Assembly: GCA_000708835.1 (NCBI GenBank) | Contig: DF237512.1 | Coordinates: 1 to 58,384 of the forward strand | DNA: 58,384 nt | Source of the DNA: Klebsormidium nitens | Lineage: Eukaryota > Plantae > Klebsormidiophyceae | Direction of reading: 5' to 3' | Shown here: piece after piece, positions 45,501-57,989 of the stretch | How the letters are laid out: each line of letters starts with the position of its first letter | Position numbering within the stretch: the first letter of the stretch is position 1 | Notes under the pieces: generated by a model | What the model was told of the DNA's origin: nothing | Seen by the model: the letters and a program-made list of their open reading frames with translations, nothing else | Database searches by the model: none | Made by a program: the position numbers and the translations under genes

Positions 45501-48500
45501 CTGATCAATCTTGTGGTTCATGCCCCAGTAATATCAGAAACGCGTCCCTATCAAATACGACGATAGTGCCGCTGCGAATGATTCTCATTCTCCTACTCAA
45601 TTTGAAGTTCTCTTTGTCGCCAGGCACCCAAGAAGCCCGCCGCCAAGCCCGCAGCGAAAAAGGCTGCTGACAGTGATGATGACGAGGACGATGATGAGGA
45701 TGATGATGACGAAGAGGAGGAGGAGAAGCCGAAGGCCAAAGCAACGCCGGCAAAGAAGGCTGACGAGGACGAGGAAGACGACGACGAGGACGATGAGGAT
45801 GAGGACGAGGATGACGAGGATGAGGTGAGGGGCGGTCATATGGGAAGGTCCTCAGAGTCGTTAGTCAGATGGTGGAGAGATCGGTGCAGCACCCGCAAGA
45901 TTGATTCTTGTTGACGATGCCCGGTGATTCTTTCTTTCCGTAAGGGGAGCTGTTCGACATTCGCAGTGAGTTAAGTGACCAGTGGGTTACTGGCTGTGCG
46001 AGGGCTAACTCAGTTGATAGCCTTTAAAAGCAGATTAAATAATTTACTGCTTTTAGGTGATGACGTGTCGCTTTTGACACCTTTTGGGCCACGGCCAGTC
46101 ATGTCCCGAAGAGGCCATTGGAGAGGTCTTGAAAACCTGTTAGTGGCTGGAGGTAGATGAGTTGTCAGTTGGAGTTGGTTGGAGACAGACAAAATAGTGG
46201 GAGTCGAAGTGCTGAGATGCGCGCAGCTCCTCTTTCTGTGAGTGTTGTGACCACCATTAGACCTACATTACACTTAACCGTGGGCAAACTTCGTTGGATC
46301 ACTGTGATCAGCACAGAAAGAGCATCTTTCACACGTATCTCTCAACCAGCCTACTCCAATCTGGACCAGAACCCTATCCTTCTTCCCAACAGGCGCCCAA
46401 GAAGAAGAGCTCCAATGGCAAAACTCCCGCTACGCCCAAGACCCCCGCCGCTGAGGAGGAGGAGGGCGGCAGCAGCACCATCTTTGTGAAGAACTTGGCA
46501 TGGAAAGCGGACCAGGACGCGCTGTTCGAGTTCTTCGGGGACTGCGGCGAGGTGACGGACGTCCGGATCGCGCAGGGCGACGATGGCAGGTCCCGCGGGT
46601 TCGGGCACATCGAGTTCGGCTCGCCGGCGGCGGCTAAGAAGGTGCGTGAGCGTTGTGAAGAGATTGTGGTTTGCAGTAACCTGGAAAGTAGACGCTGGTC
46701 GTGCTTCTATGGCTTCTTTTTCTGAGGCAGGGGTTTCGTGTGTTTGGCAAGGGCTTGTCGGACAGGCGCCGTTCTTGCGGTCAAGAGGTGTGTCACATAC
46801 TGGAGGGGTTCGGGATGGTTGCCGGCCTTCCTGGGCCGTCTCTGTGAGACAGGGAGTGGTTGCTTTGCCAGGATTCCGTATGGGAGGTCGCTTTCAACTT
46901 GAGCTGGAGCTTTGATGACACCAACGTTGGCATTCCTTGGGAAGGTTGTGCTGGTCGTGCAATGATGGCAGCCTGTGGCTGTCTGTGGCTGTCTACCAGG
47001 TTGTTCTTCTTTGTTGTGAGTGGCGGTCGGCGCGCAAGTAACACAAGCTGCGCTGCTCCTTGGAGGAGTTTTCAGCAGACCCCTGTTCCCTTCTGATTTC
47101 TGAGAAGAAGCTGACAGACCAACGTCCTGCTTACATCCCCTGTAAGCTTCTGCAAACGGACACATTTTTGGTTCGCTCCTAGAAGGCTCATAGGTTGTGG
47201 TGTTACTGCAGGCGCTGAAGAAGAGCGGGGAGGACCTGCTGGGGCGCGAGATCTTCGTTGACCTGGCGCAGGAGCGGGGGAACAAGACCTTCACGCCCAG
47301 AAGCGACAGGGGCAACTTCAGGTGAGCGCACGTACAGAAAGTTTCATCCCACACTCTTTGGGTAGTCGTGGAGGGGCGCACATATGGGCGCCCATAATGC
47401 GAGAAGGAAAGCACTCGATGAACGTATGAGCCACGCTAGAGCTAACAGCGAGCAGTAACCTCGTTAAAGAGATAACCAGTTTTTGTGCCAGCGTGCTTAG
47501 CCCCTTTCGGAAGTGTCGAACAAAATCTCGGAAGTGTCGAACAAAATCTAAACTCTGGATATTTTCTCTATCGTGTAGCGGCGGTAATGATGGCGGCGCT
47601 CGGACTCCTCGGGAGGGTCAGGACCGGACGGCCTTCGTCAAGAACTTCAACAAGTTTCAGGACGAGGACACGGTGAGTTGAAGAAATTGCGGCCTCAAGA
47701 GGAGTTGTGAAGCCGGGGGATGATTCAAAGGCCTGCCGCTCAGCAGATTGTTCAGTCTTCCGGCTCAGGTCTTGTTTGGAGGATTCCGTACTGGGCTCCC
47801 TGGTTTGTTCCTGTCTCCTTTTATTAACTTTACGGGCTTTAACGGCGGAGCCTGCAACTTCCGAGGCCTTTGTCCATATGCCAAACTTGTATGAAGACAC
47901 GAAGCTCGGTTTGGAGCTAAAGGCCAAAGCGAAGATTTCGAAACAGCATTCCGATTTCAGTCCAGATTTTAGTCTGAACGAAAGCCGATTTCCGCCAGCA
48001 ATTCCGACCATTATAGAGCGCTCCCAAATCTTCCCGTTTACCTGGCGGAGACCTGTCCGGACGATGTGCCTAGGTAGTTTTGGTACAACTTGAGTTCCGG
48101 CCAATAATTGGATCCGATTTGTCCCTCGCAGATCCGGAACCAGCTGACAGAGGCGTTTGGCGAGTGCGGTGAGGTCGTGAACGTGAGGATACCTACGGAC
48201 AGGGAGACCGGCCAGATCAAGGGGTGAGCTTCAGAACAGGGTCTTAGGTCAAGGCGTTTGTGTAGTCTCGATAATCACATCTTGCTGCTTTCATATCGCA
48301 GTCGGCAGAGAAACCGCTGCGTTTCGAGCCTTCTCCTCGTGAAGCGTGGAAGATTGCCGTTGCGAGTCAGGCTGCTGCCTGAAAATAGAAAATTCTTAGT
48401 TTAGTTCTTACAACGTCTTCAAGCTTTGAAGACATCGGGGTCTGGAATGTTATGGTTTGTTTACGGCCTCAAGGCTCGTGCCATTACTTGACAGTTGGTT

Positions 48501-49088
48501 GTTGCTGTATTTGCTGGGAGTTAGAAGCTATCATCATGCCGCAAAAACGGGGCTGAATTACCAAAAAACCGTGTGCTTCTTGAGGACAACATCCCGACTT
48601 GCTGCTGACCTGTAAAAAAGGAACCGCTGACTGGTCTTCGTCGAACTGTTCATCCTTGTTCAAACCCTTCTGACCACCCCCTGATCACATATCTCTAGTT
48701 GCTCAGCTCGTTACTCAATTTTTTCTCCGTGTCCATTTCCAGTTTCGCCTTCGTCGAGTTCAGCAGCACCGACGCCCTCGCCAAGGCTGCCGACGTGAAC
48801 GGCGCTGACGTCGGCGGGCGCAGCATCGTCGTTGACACCAACCCCAGTGGGGGCGGTGGCGGCGGCGGCGGTAGCGGTGGGTTCAGGGGGGGACGTGGTG
48901 GTGACAGAGGGGGTCGCGGTGGTTTCCGGGGGGGACGCGGAGACAGAGGCGGAAGGGGCGGCCGTGGGGGGGACAGGGGTCGCGGCAGGGGGGGAGGTCG
49001 CGGGGGCGGCAGGGGGTTCACCCCTAACAAGCCCAGAATCAACGTAGACGGCGGGGGCAGCGGTAAGAAGATTGCGTTTGACGATTAG
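42548..49088 (+). CDS. NUC1: Nucleolin (acidic/basic N-terminal repeats, two RRMs, GAR domain), about 10 exons
   Basis: MAKKAKAAP | ...KKGNKRPAEE...; D/E-rich blocks alternating with KKPAAK; RRM1 TIFVKNLAW...RGFGHIEF; RRM2 TAFVKNF...KG|FAFVEF; RGG repeats; terminal GKKIAFDD*. Confidence 0.95.
45275..45362 (+). ncRNA. Intronic box C/D snoRNA, U36/snR47-like
   Basis: Box C ATGATGA at 45281, D' CTGA at 45319, box D CTGA at 45353, short terminal stem. The 16-nt guide TTGGTTGAATTTCTTC (45335-45350) is complementary to the conserved LSU rRNA sequence GAAGAAAUUCAACCAA. Confidence 0.85.
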
Positions 49089-49333
49089 GTTTGGTGAAGC
49101 GACGGAGAGGGGGTTTTGGGGCGGGGGGGTGCGGAAGATTTGTTGCGTGTTCTGATTTGAGCTTTCATTTTATAGTTCGCTTGTAGGGTCGTTCAAGTCA
49201 TTTATAGTTCAGTCACCGCCCGGCTGGCGGGCGTCCATAATTAGAGCAGTGCCTGAGGCATGGTGCGTTATCCAGTTCAAGCGGTGGTCGGCGCTTGAAG
49301 AGAAAAATGGGTACGTATGGGGACGGGGTTCCC

Positions 49334-49611
49334 GTGAGCGGGGCGAAGGACCACTCCGGCAGCACTTTCGATATCTGAGCTTTCATCGTGAACAATGCCG
49401 GGCGAAAGTCCCCGGGCGACAAGGTCGAGAGGACCAGCCTTAGCAGGCAGACCTCCATACGACCCCTCGCGGGGGCCCCCGGGCCCCCGGGCTGAGATGC
49501 GCAAGCGGAGCCTCGTCGAGGGGTCATGGAGCAGCTCGCCATAGCACAGTAATGTGGGTCAGTGGGGACGCAACCCACCAACACAATGGGGCTTACTCTT
49601 GCCATGCTCAC
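49334..49611 (+). ncRNA. RNase MRP RNA
   Basis: P4 5' strand GAAAGTCCCC (49404) and 3' strand ACACAATGGGGCTTAC (49581). GARAR pentaloop hairpin GGTC-GAGAG-GACC (49423-49435). P1 GTGAGC.../...GCTCAC, P3 CCGGCA...TGCCGG, P19 GTGGG...CCCAC, and a long P10/12-like stem CTCCAT..GACCCCTCG/CGAGGGGTC.ATGGAG. Confidence 0.9.
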
Positions 49612-50090
49612 AAACCCTTCCCTTAATACAATCTCTTCATAAATCTGCTTCCCAGCTGTCATCTCATATCTTGGTCAGATTTGTCCGCACCACGGTGCTC
49701 GCTGATGATCATGGCCCTTGATAAGTAATCTGGTGCTACTTGTTCCAGTGTGTCATGTGCAAATAGGGGCGCAAAAAGGCTGTTGAGTCTCGAAAGCAAA
49801 ACTGGTGGTTGATGAAAACATGCAGATCCACGGCAGTCGATTGTCATTGACTTGGGAAAGCTTGTGAACCGGGCACATGGCTGGGCAATGGATCTCCAAT
49901 GAGCACCGTTAGAACTCGGCTTATGAGTGGATTGGCCGATCGTGATCCTAGCCTTGGCTGAATCGGATCGATCTTAAACCTCATCTTGCAAGACGGTATA
50001 AGTAATAACCAATATTAGATCGATGCTACCGTCCATATGATATGTGGCATGCATGCGAGCTCCATGATTGTATCCTTTTGTGCAGTAGAG

Positions 50091-50444
50091 TATGTGATTT
50101 CACTAGTTTCAACTGCAACGTAGGCGTGACATCACCGGTACCTACGGTGAACAGTGCGGCGGTACGCTACCGTGTCGAATATGGTCGGTACCGTGCAGTG
50201 TTCAACCGGGCACTCGATTGCAGGGAGACGGAGTGCTCGGGGTATGTTAGGGTTACTAGAGGGCAACCGACTGATCTTGGTCGGGTTAGTTGGGGGGTTA
50301 GGGTGGGTACGGGCGGGCTGTGGCGGAACGCCTTAGGGTATCTTCAAAACCCGGTTACTGAGCTCTCAGTTTGACCTTAGGGTTTTAAGTTTGGCAGGTC
50401 CTTAACTATGATGACGTCGCAGTTGAAACTAGTGAAGTTACATA
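50091..50444. mobile_element. MITE-like element with ~31-bp terminal inverted repeats
   Basis: TATGTGATTTCACTAGTTTCAACTGCAACGT (50091-50121) versus the reverse complement of 50414-50444, TATGTAACTTCACTAGTTTCAACTGCGACGT (3 mismatches). Non-coding interior; no clear TSD. Confidence 0.7.
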
Positions 50445-51176
50445 CCTACGTCCTTTTGTGATACACCCCGGCTCGCATGCAAATACATGGCGTGTCACAG
50501 ATGATATGCCGCTGTTCCAGCGAGCCTAGCTCTCTGCCAGATGCGCATCATGGTCATTCGCCTTATCAGAAATGCATGCTCGCACGTCCTTTGAAGGTCA
50601 CGTGCATGTTGTAGCACACAACCGTCCCTTCACATGTAATTTCGATCCCCTCAAGTTCGACATCAATCCGATATATACAGTGACCGAGATCGGACGGTCG
50701 AGCTGCCAGCATGTGCAACTTGTGCACCGTATCAAGCATTCGCTCAGCATGCAGCTAATGAACCCGGCGAGATTGTTAGTTCCAGCGGCCTCTAATGCTC
50801 CCAAAGTCGATAAAGATTGACCCGGCTGAGCAACGTGGCCAACATTTACTTGGCATTCCGTACATGCTAAAAACGTTACAGACGAGTTCGTCTTCGTGGT
50901 CTCATGGCTATCTAACCTCCACAAGACTTCTCTTGCTTTCAAGCTTATCTGGCGACTTTTGCGGCCCGTCACCAATAAAAAAAGGTTCATGGTACTACAA
51001 ACCAGACAGATGTCTAGCCAAAGAATGTATTCAAGATTGTCTTGGTCAAAATCAGCAACACAATTACACTTGCTCAGTGGCTATTTTCCAACCATCTTAT
51101 CATAATCAAGCGAAACAGAGAGCTGTTGTATCCTACCTATATTTTAGCGTACAGCGCCTTTATTGATTCCGTCTCT

Positions 51177-54100
51177 TCAGTCAGAGTCTGACCAGAAATC
51201 CGATTTCCGAACGTCGCCGTCTAGCATACAGGAGCAGGCTGCCACAATGGTGTCATCCTCGTCACACGCAAACAGGTCGACCTGCAATGGCACAACGAGT
51301 TCTTGTGAGCTAGCAGCACCTTTGGTATAGATGGCATAGGCACGCACTAGGCTGTCGTCGAAAGCCGACGAGACTCTGCCAACTTCCCTTCGAGGCAATT
51401 AGGGGAATGCCTAGATCAGTCCCGGCCAAGAGTTGAAAGCACCATAAAGGAGATAACCTGAGTCGCCTCGCGGAATCCTCTCTCAGCGAAGCCTACAATC
51501 ACTAACCAATAACCTTTGTGCGTTTGGTCGAAGGCCGGAAATGATGACGAGGGGAAGCTACGAAGAAGCAAAATCACGTATCTCCGCAGGACGGTTGGCC
51601 TTGCTTACCATTGAAGGGTCTTCCAGTAGCTTCCGCGCAACAAGGAACCCTGCAATCGTCCACGTCTGGAACTTGCGGGCCTGCTTCCCGACGTAGCTGC
51701 AATCAATAAAAGACGCTTCAGGGTTCGGAAAGAATTTCACGTGGAGTTTCTTTTGGCAGCCCAGCAACGGCAAAGAGCAGCCACCGCAGTGCGTTGGTCC
51801 AGTCGCTTGTCTCTGTTTAAAGGAACTGAGTCTGGATGAAATTCAATGAAAACCAGTGGGGCCTGTGCAATGTTCGTAGTGGATGTTCCGCCCTGCTGTA
51901 GTGCACCAGTATTGAGGAGCGTCGCTCCTTGTTCTATGATGATTGCAAGCGGGAAAACCCATCTCGCTTCAGACCCCGCTTTCCTCCTTCAAATGCACCT
52001 TCCTGGGCAGCGCACAGATGACATCACCCCTTCGTAAAAGAGAGAACGAACAGTCCATGCTGAAACGCCACTCACTTCCCCTTGACGCCGTCAAAGTACT
52101 CGGGCCAGCCCAACTGCGCCAGCTTCTTTTCCGCTTGGTCCAGCGCACGCTGCGCCAGCTCGGGCCGCCCCCCCTTGATGCACGCGGCCGTGAAGTGCCA
52201 CAGGAGCGTCGGCCAGGAGCCGCCGTTGTGGTACGACCACGCAGTGTTCTGGGGGGGGTGAACAATTTGAAGTTTTGAGGGGGGTGGGGGGGGAGACAAA
52301 GTTCCCGAATACTTCGTGCCTCCAGTGGACGAAACCTTCGATCTATGAACTGTGACTTTCAATCAGCTTCGGATGCAGCCGGCTTTAAGATGCCGTTCAA
52401 ACTTCGCTTGACGGAAGACGTTCACCGATCGACCCTAAGGGACTGTGGGAGGCGGTGACTCGAATCGGGCGTGCTGATACGATCCTGCGTACGTACGTCC
52501 TGTCAACATCGACCAGCGTGGAGCCGGCGGTTCGGGCTAGGATGAAAGCAATAACGGTGTGGGAGTCCACTGGGTACGTGACCAGAAGCTACTTTACTGC
52601 TTCCTGGTGAAGCATGTTGCGATAAAGAAGGATAAGATGATGAAACCTGCCTCTTTCATGACTCCCCTGGCTTGCCTAGACGAAAGACAAGGATCGAAAA
52701 GAGAATGTAGAAGTATACAAGGGCCAACACAAGAAGAGGGTTTCCGTGGATGCGACTTCCTCCGTTCAAAGATTCACGTCCAGTATTCTCGACCAACCAA
52801 CCTTCCTATTAAAGGCACTCCACTCTCTGGGCAGTCAGGTAACAAACCAGATCACAGACCAATAGCGTACATATCGCGTACATATCGCGTCATCTTTTTG
52901 ACACGATAAACCGATGGCAGCGCTGAATCTGCAGGAGATTCTCTCACCTTGGGATCGCACCCAGTGACGATGCGCCACTCCTCCCCAACCATTGCTGGGT
53001 AGCAGATCTTGAGCGGCATGTCGGCGATCAGGTCCACCCACTTCTGTTCGTACAAGTCCAGAATGGCGCCCGTCTGCTCGCGGGTCGCCAGTGACGACAG
53101 GATCGCCCAGCAGTTGCCCAATGTGAATACCCGGAAGTCGAGCTGCGCGGGAGCGACGCCGCCAATGAAGTAGCCTGGACAGGAAATGAATGCGGGTTGA
53201 AGGAATCTAGGACTACTTGAAACATAGAGCGGCGGGTTTTCGCTGTGGATGCTGGACAAGGAATGTCCACTCAGGATTATCAGCGAGCTAAGAGAAAAGG
53301 TGACTTCGACACAAATTGGCAGCTGTGGATTGGGCAATCTGCGCACAAAGCTTTGGGGGAAATGCGTATCCCCAGAATCTATGAGGCATTTTCTCAGAGC
53401 GAACACGAGAATATTCTTACGCACCCTATGCTCTCGACCCTCCGTAATGCACGGCAGCAGTACTCTGCTCACCGGATCTGACGCCCAGACAAAACGCCCA
53501 AACCATCGTCTTCAGATATCTTCATTTCCTGAACACAACATCTGGAACGAAGCGGGAAAACGAAGCGGAAAAAGCGGGTAAGCATCACTCACCTCCCTTC
53601 TCCGGCATCCAGTCCATGAGCCACGTGGGAAGACTGTCCGGGTACACATTGAACTTGTTTGCGGCGTCCTCGCTGTACTCTTCCGTCTGGTACCGATAAA
53701 TCTCGTTCAGCCGCTCGAAGTCGAGCCAGTAGTACTGCCGCAGGTGGAACGACAGCGCGCTTAACCGGGCGGTAATCGCGTTCAGTAACCCCTGGTTATC
53801 CTCCGGGGTTAGCATCTCTCGGGCACACCGAAGGGCTGCGTAGTACAGCGACTGGATTTCAAGGGGATGCCCGTCAACGCCCATGCGGCGGTCAATCATG
53901 CAGGAGCCGTCAGGAACCTAGATGGGAAGCAGGTACTGGGTTAAGCATGTTCGTTGAGGACGAGTATGCTGGTTCGTAAGTGGATTGCGGTGGTCGTTTT
54001 ACGCCCGGCCGTCGATCATGCACGAGCCGTTGGGGACCGGGCAAAGAAGAAGTGCACTCAGATTGAAAACTGGTTTCGTCAGGTTGGCGATCGGGTCAGA

Positions 54101-57100
54101 CTCAGGAGCTCACGAACCTACCAATCGTCTTGGCTCGCAGGCCGCAAAAGTGCTTGGTTGGGAGGTTGATCGAAAGACGTGCCAACTCCGAACAGCGGCT
54201 AAACAATTCCAAACGGCAAATAAAAGGTGGTTCTCGCTGCCCTGACCAAGTGTGCGATGCGCTATGAAAACGACGACTTCCGTCTTTAAAGTCCCTATTG
54301 GCCAGGCTTTTATCTAACACACACTCTGTCGAGAATGACCAGTGTTTGGCAGGTTATGCACCCGGATGCAAGGAATCAGATTGATCTACCTCAGTTGAAA
54401 AGACTACAGAGCACGTCAGACAAAGCTCCACGTCAGCTTGCTGACCTCTTTGATTCGTCTTCTCATGCAGAATGAGGGGAGCCCGATTTGAGAGGGCGCA
54501 CACTTCGCAGGAATTTCCCAGGCAGAAGATGTGTCCAAGATCAACCAACCAGCAAACTACCTACAAGGAGGCGGAATAACTTCATGCTGCCCCACTCACC
54601 AGGATTGTCGGGAACATGTCGAAGCCGTCTCGGAGCATGAGCTTGAGGATGAGGCGGATGCCCTTCTGCACGGCGGGGCTGGTCTGGACGGCCGTGTCCT
54701 TGGTCACGCGCAGGTAGGCGCGCAGCAAGATGATCCACCACAACCCGGAATCTACCTGCGAAACGCATTCAAAGAACGTTCAGTCGTAAAGGACCAAGCG
54801 TAGCGCCGGTACCCCGCTGCTTGCAGGGGTCATTAAAGATTGAGAAGTCTGGGTCGGTTTGCAATAAAGCACAGGTGCTCTGAATCATTCGCGGGAGCTG
54901 TGTTAATTTTAAGACCGATGATCCAAACAGGGGGTGGCAGGACTGCGGCGCATGCTTTCTGATGCGATCGGCGGACGTCACAAGACCAGTCTTTCTTTGC
55001 CAGCTTCCTCCACCCTTGCTCTGCACTCTTCTACCCTCATCGTATGAGCAAGAGGAGGTTCTACGGGGGCTAGAAGCACTATGCGTCCAACCGCAAACAC
55101 AGAAAACGCTACATGAGGAAATAGTGGAGAGACCGGAGAACTACTCACTGGCGCAACTCGTCCGATGGCCGACTCTCCAAAGTCGGCGTCCAGCCGCTCG
55201 TGCTCCTTGCCGTCCGAGCACATGCGCACCTGCACCTTGAAGCTGGCGGGCATCAGGCCCTCCCCAGGGCTGCATAACCAGGAGCGAAACAGTGAGTTAG
55301 AGAAGGAAAGGTTTGATAAAACCAGGAACTTGGTGACAAGCAGGAACGTAATGGCAGGTTTGGGCTGCCTGACGAAGGAGGGGGGTAAACGAAACCAGGA
55401 AGTAAGTGACAAGCGGGAATGTAACCGCAGGTTAGAGCCGGCTGACGAAGGAGGGGGTTAGATGACACCCAAAAAAACAAAAAGCACCAGGAGAAAGGAG
55501 AAGAACATGCCGGGGGGCGACTGAGGCAGAAAGGAGACGGATTGCTTGGGGCGAATTTCTGAGGTCGTTCAGCTAAACAGCCGCGACAACTTCCAAACCT
55601 CGACCAGCATCGATTGCTCTCTCACGAAGCAGCTTTTCATTGGAACGCTGGCAATCTGTGTCTTGATTCGTCTGATGGTTCTCCAACGCTCAATACAGGC
55701 TGGCCACGTGGCAGGACGTGAAAGGCTCGCCTGAAGCAGTCCATGGTCTTGTCCCAACTCTGGAGCTGCAGCGTTTGCAGCAGAAAGTTCTTAACGACCT
55801 CCGGCTCGTTCTCCATCATGAAGGCCAGCGCGCTTGGCACAAAGTCGCGGATAAACACCTGAAGACGCAAGTCAATATTGCCGAGCTCAGTGGTCGTCAG
55901 AAGTCAGAAGTCTCCAACAGACGGGGAGGGAAGAAGAGCATAATGAAAAGTGACAAGAGTTCTCCCCAGACGGATACACACGGTGATTAACAGCTCTTTC
56001 TGCGAGTGTAATACGGAATCCTATGCCTATGCTGCTGCCAGCTGCTCCTCTGGAGTCTTGATTATGTTTCATCAAGTTTCCAAGCTCTTGCAACCGTTTG
56101 ACTGAACTACTCACCTACAAGACCTTCCGAATATTAGCCACTGTATATGAAACACGGGTACTAAAATCCGAAGACAACGGTACAAGACCAGAAAGAGACG
56201 ATCTTGTGACCCGTATGTCATCAATATCCTCGGCTCTGCTTCGCAGATAAAGGGGAAGATTCGAGTGTTTGACCTGGTCATAGTTTACGGCTTCCACCGA
56301 CGGATCTGCAGCGGCCACCGTCCCCACTGGCTCCCCCTGATACTTGACAACGGAGCCTCTGAGCAACCTCCAAGCCTCCTCAATCATCAGCTGCTTCCTG
56401 GCACTGGAGCGCGTTGCCGCCTTGTCAGTCCAATCTGTCGTCACCAGCTTGGCAGCATTGTGGTGACCTGCAAATTGTGAAACGGTCAGAGGCTATCCAG
56501 CTCTCACCTTTTTGTAAGCAATATATGCAGAGGACTCAGGAGCACGATCTTTTCGATTTTCTGAATGACTTTCGTGTTCGGAAGACAATCTCTTGCATGA
56601 TACGTGATTCTTTTGATGACGCTTGGTTTCCACAACTCTCAATTGCATGAGGGTCAAGCTGGCATCCCAAGTTTGCGTGCTGGTTGCCGCACCGAAAAGA
56701 GACCCAAGTTGTCAGCTTTCATTCCATCACTGTAACCTGTTCGTTGTAGCATGCTTGCTTCTGCAGCGTCAACCAAATTAGCACGTCGACATTAAGGGCC
56801 TGAAAGTCCTTGGTTGTCAAGATGTTGCAATCATTCTGCACCGCTTGCAACTCTTTCTTGAGTCTTCTATGGAAAGGACTGACTCACCATGACTGCTTGC
56901 GCTGCGCTCGACCAGCTTCTTGAGCCCCTTCTTGATTCCCTTCTTCGTCTTGCCAGTCAAGCGAGCAATCTCCTCAGCCTTGAGCACAATCTCCGGCTCA
57001 GACATGATCTTTGCCCCATCGGGAACGCTGACTTCTTCTTCAATCGTCTCCTGAAGCCGTAAAGCGCTCCTGGCAACATACCCAACTCTGCAAGGAGGGA

Positions 57101-57989
57101 TAAACAACATCAAGCGCTTGAAGTTTTTCTAGGATGAGCATACGTAAGCACAGGTCTTTAGCGAAAACCAGCATGGGTTCCGAGTGATTGTGTTCACAGC
57201 TGCTTGTAGATTCAGGGCGAAATGCTATTCGCACTTGACATCAGCGTATATGCAAGGTTCGCAATTGCAGGAATTGTAGAACGTTCAACCACAGAAGAGA
57301 AATTATTGGCTCCGTGGTTCGAGGAACCAGAAGGATAAGCTATTCATCAATTGCAGTCAGTGCGCAGGATGTGCATTCCTGCCGACAGCAAGAAGGGTCA
57401 ACAAAAAAACACACAATCAATTAAGTATGGCTTGATTGTAAGTAGAAACTCACCGTCCATTGATATTCGCTGCCGCCGCCACCCGTTTCAGTTGGTTTTC
57501 AAACTTCTCGTTTCCGTTAGCCCCTCGACTATTGCTTCTAGTCAGGGAAGGAGTCACACCATTTCCTTCGATCTTCTTTTCTGGAGGGATCACACTGCCA
57601 TTCTCTTGAGACTCTGATCCAACTTCAGTGCTGCTTTCTGTGCTTTCTGTGCTCGTGGCTGTAGTGACTGAGCCTTCAAAGAAACTCTCCTTGCTTGCAT
57701 TCACCGTGCAACTTCTCCGCCATATGCTCTTTCCTGTGTTTGTCAATGAACCTCTCAGATCAACACGAAGAACGTCAGAGCTCCGCCCTAGACTCGAAAG
57801 ACCTCCCCTTCTTGCCGTGCCCAAGCAAGAATGCCGAGTACCTCTATCAATAACTATTGGAAGTACAAGTCCCCTACAAGTTGAGCTGAGATCCCGTGTC
57901 GAGTGCGAATCCTCAATTGATGCTTGAGAGCGCTGCAGGGGAGGCGCCCCACACGAATGCAGCCCCCTTGCAGCCTGGATCGCCAACAT
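51177..57989 (-). CDS. Alkaline/neutral invertase (GH100), organellar alpha-clade-like, multi-exon
   Basis: Exons read [27 protein letters not shown]...NYDQ|[11 protein letters not shown]; [12 protein letters not shown]; [12 protein letters not shown]|[14 protein letters not shown]; [20 protein letters not shown]; [12 protein letters not shown]; [10 protein letters not shown]; [14 protein letters not shown]; WPEYFDG; [11 protein letters not shown]. Long S/T/R-rich N-terminal transit-like extension. Confidence 0.95.

Noticed and set aside
46055-47100. Further C/D snoRNAs from GTGATGA (~46058) and TTGATGA (~46912)
   Set aside because: No properly spaced box D with a recognisable rRNA antisense element.
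48695-49042. Proline-rich minus-strand ORF
   Set aside because: Antisense of the nucleolin GAR domain.
49334-49611. RNase P RNA
   Set aside because: The P4 strands (GAAAGTCCCC / GGGGCTTAC) and the GARAR loop are MRP-type, not P-type.
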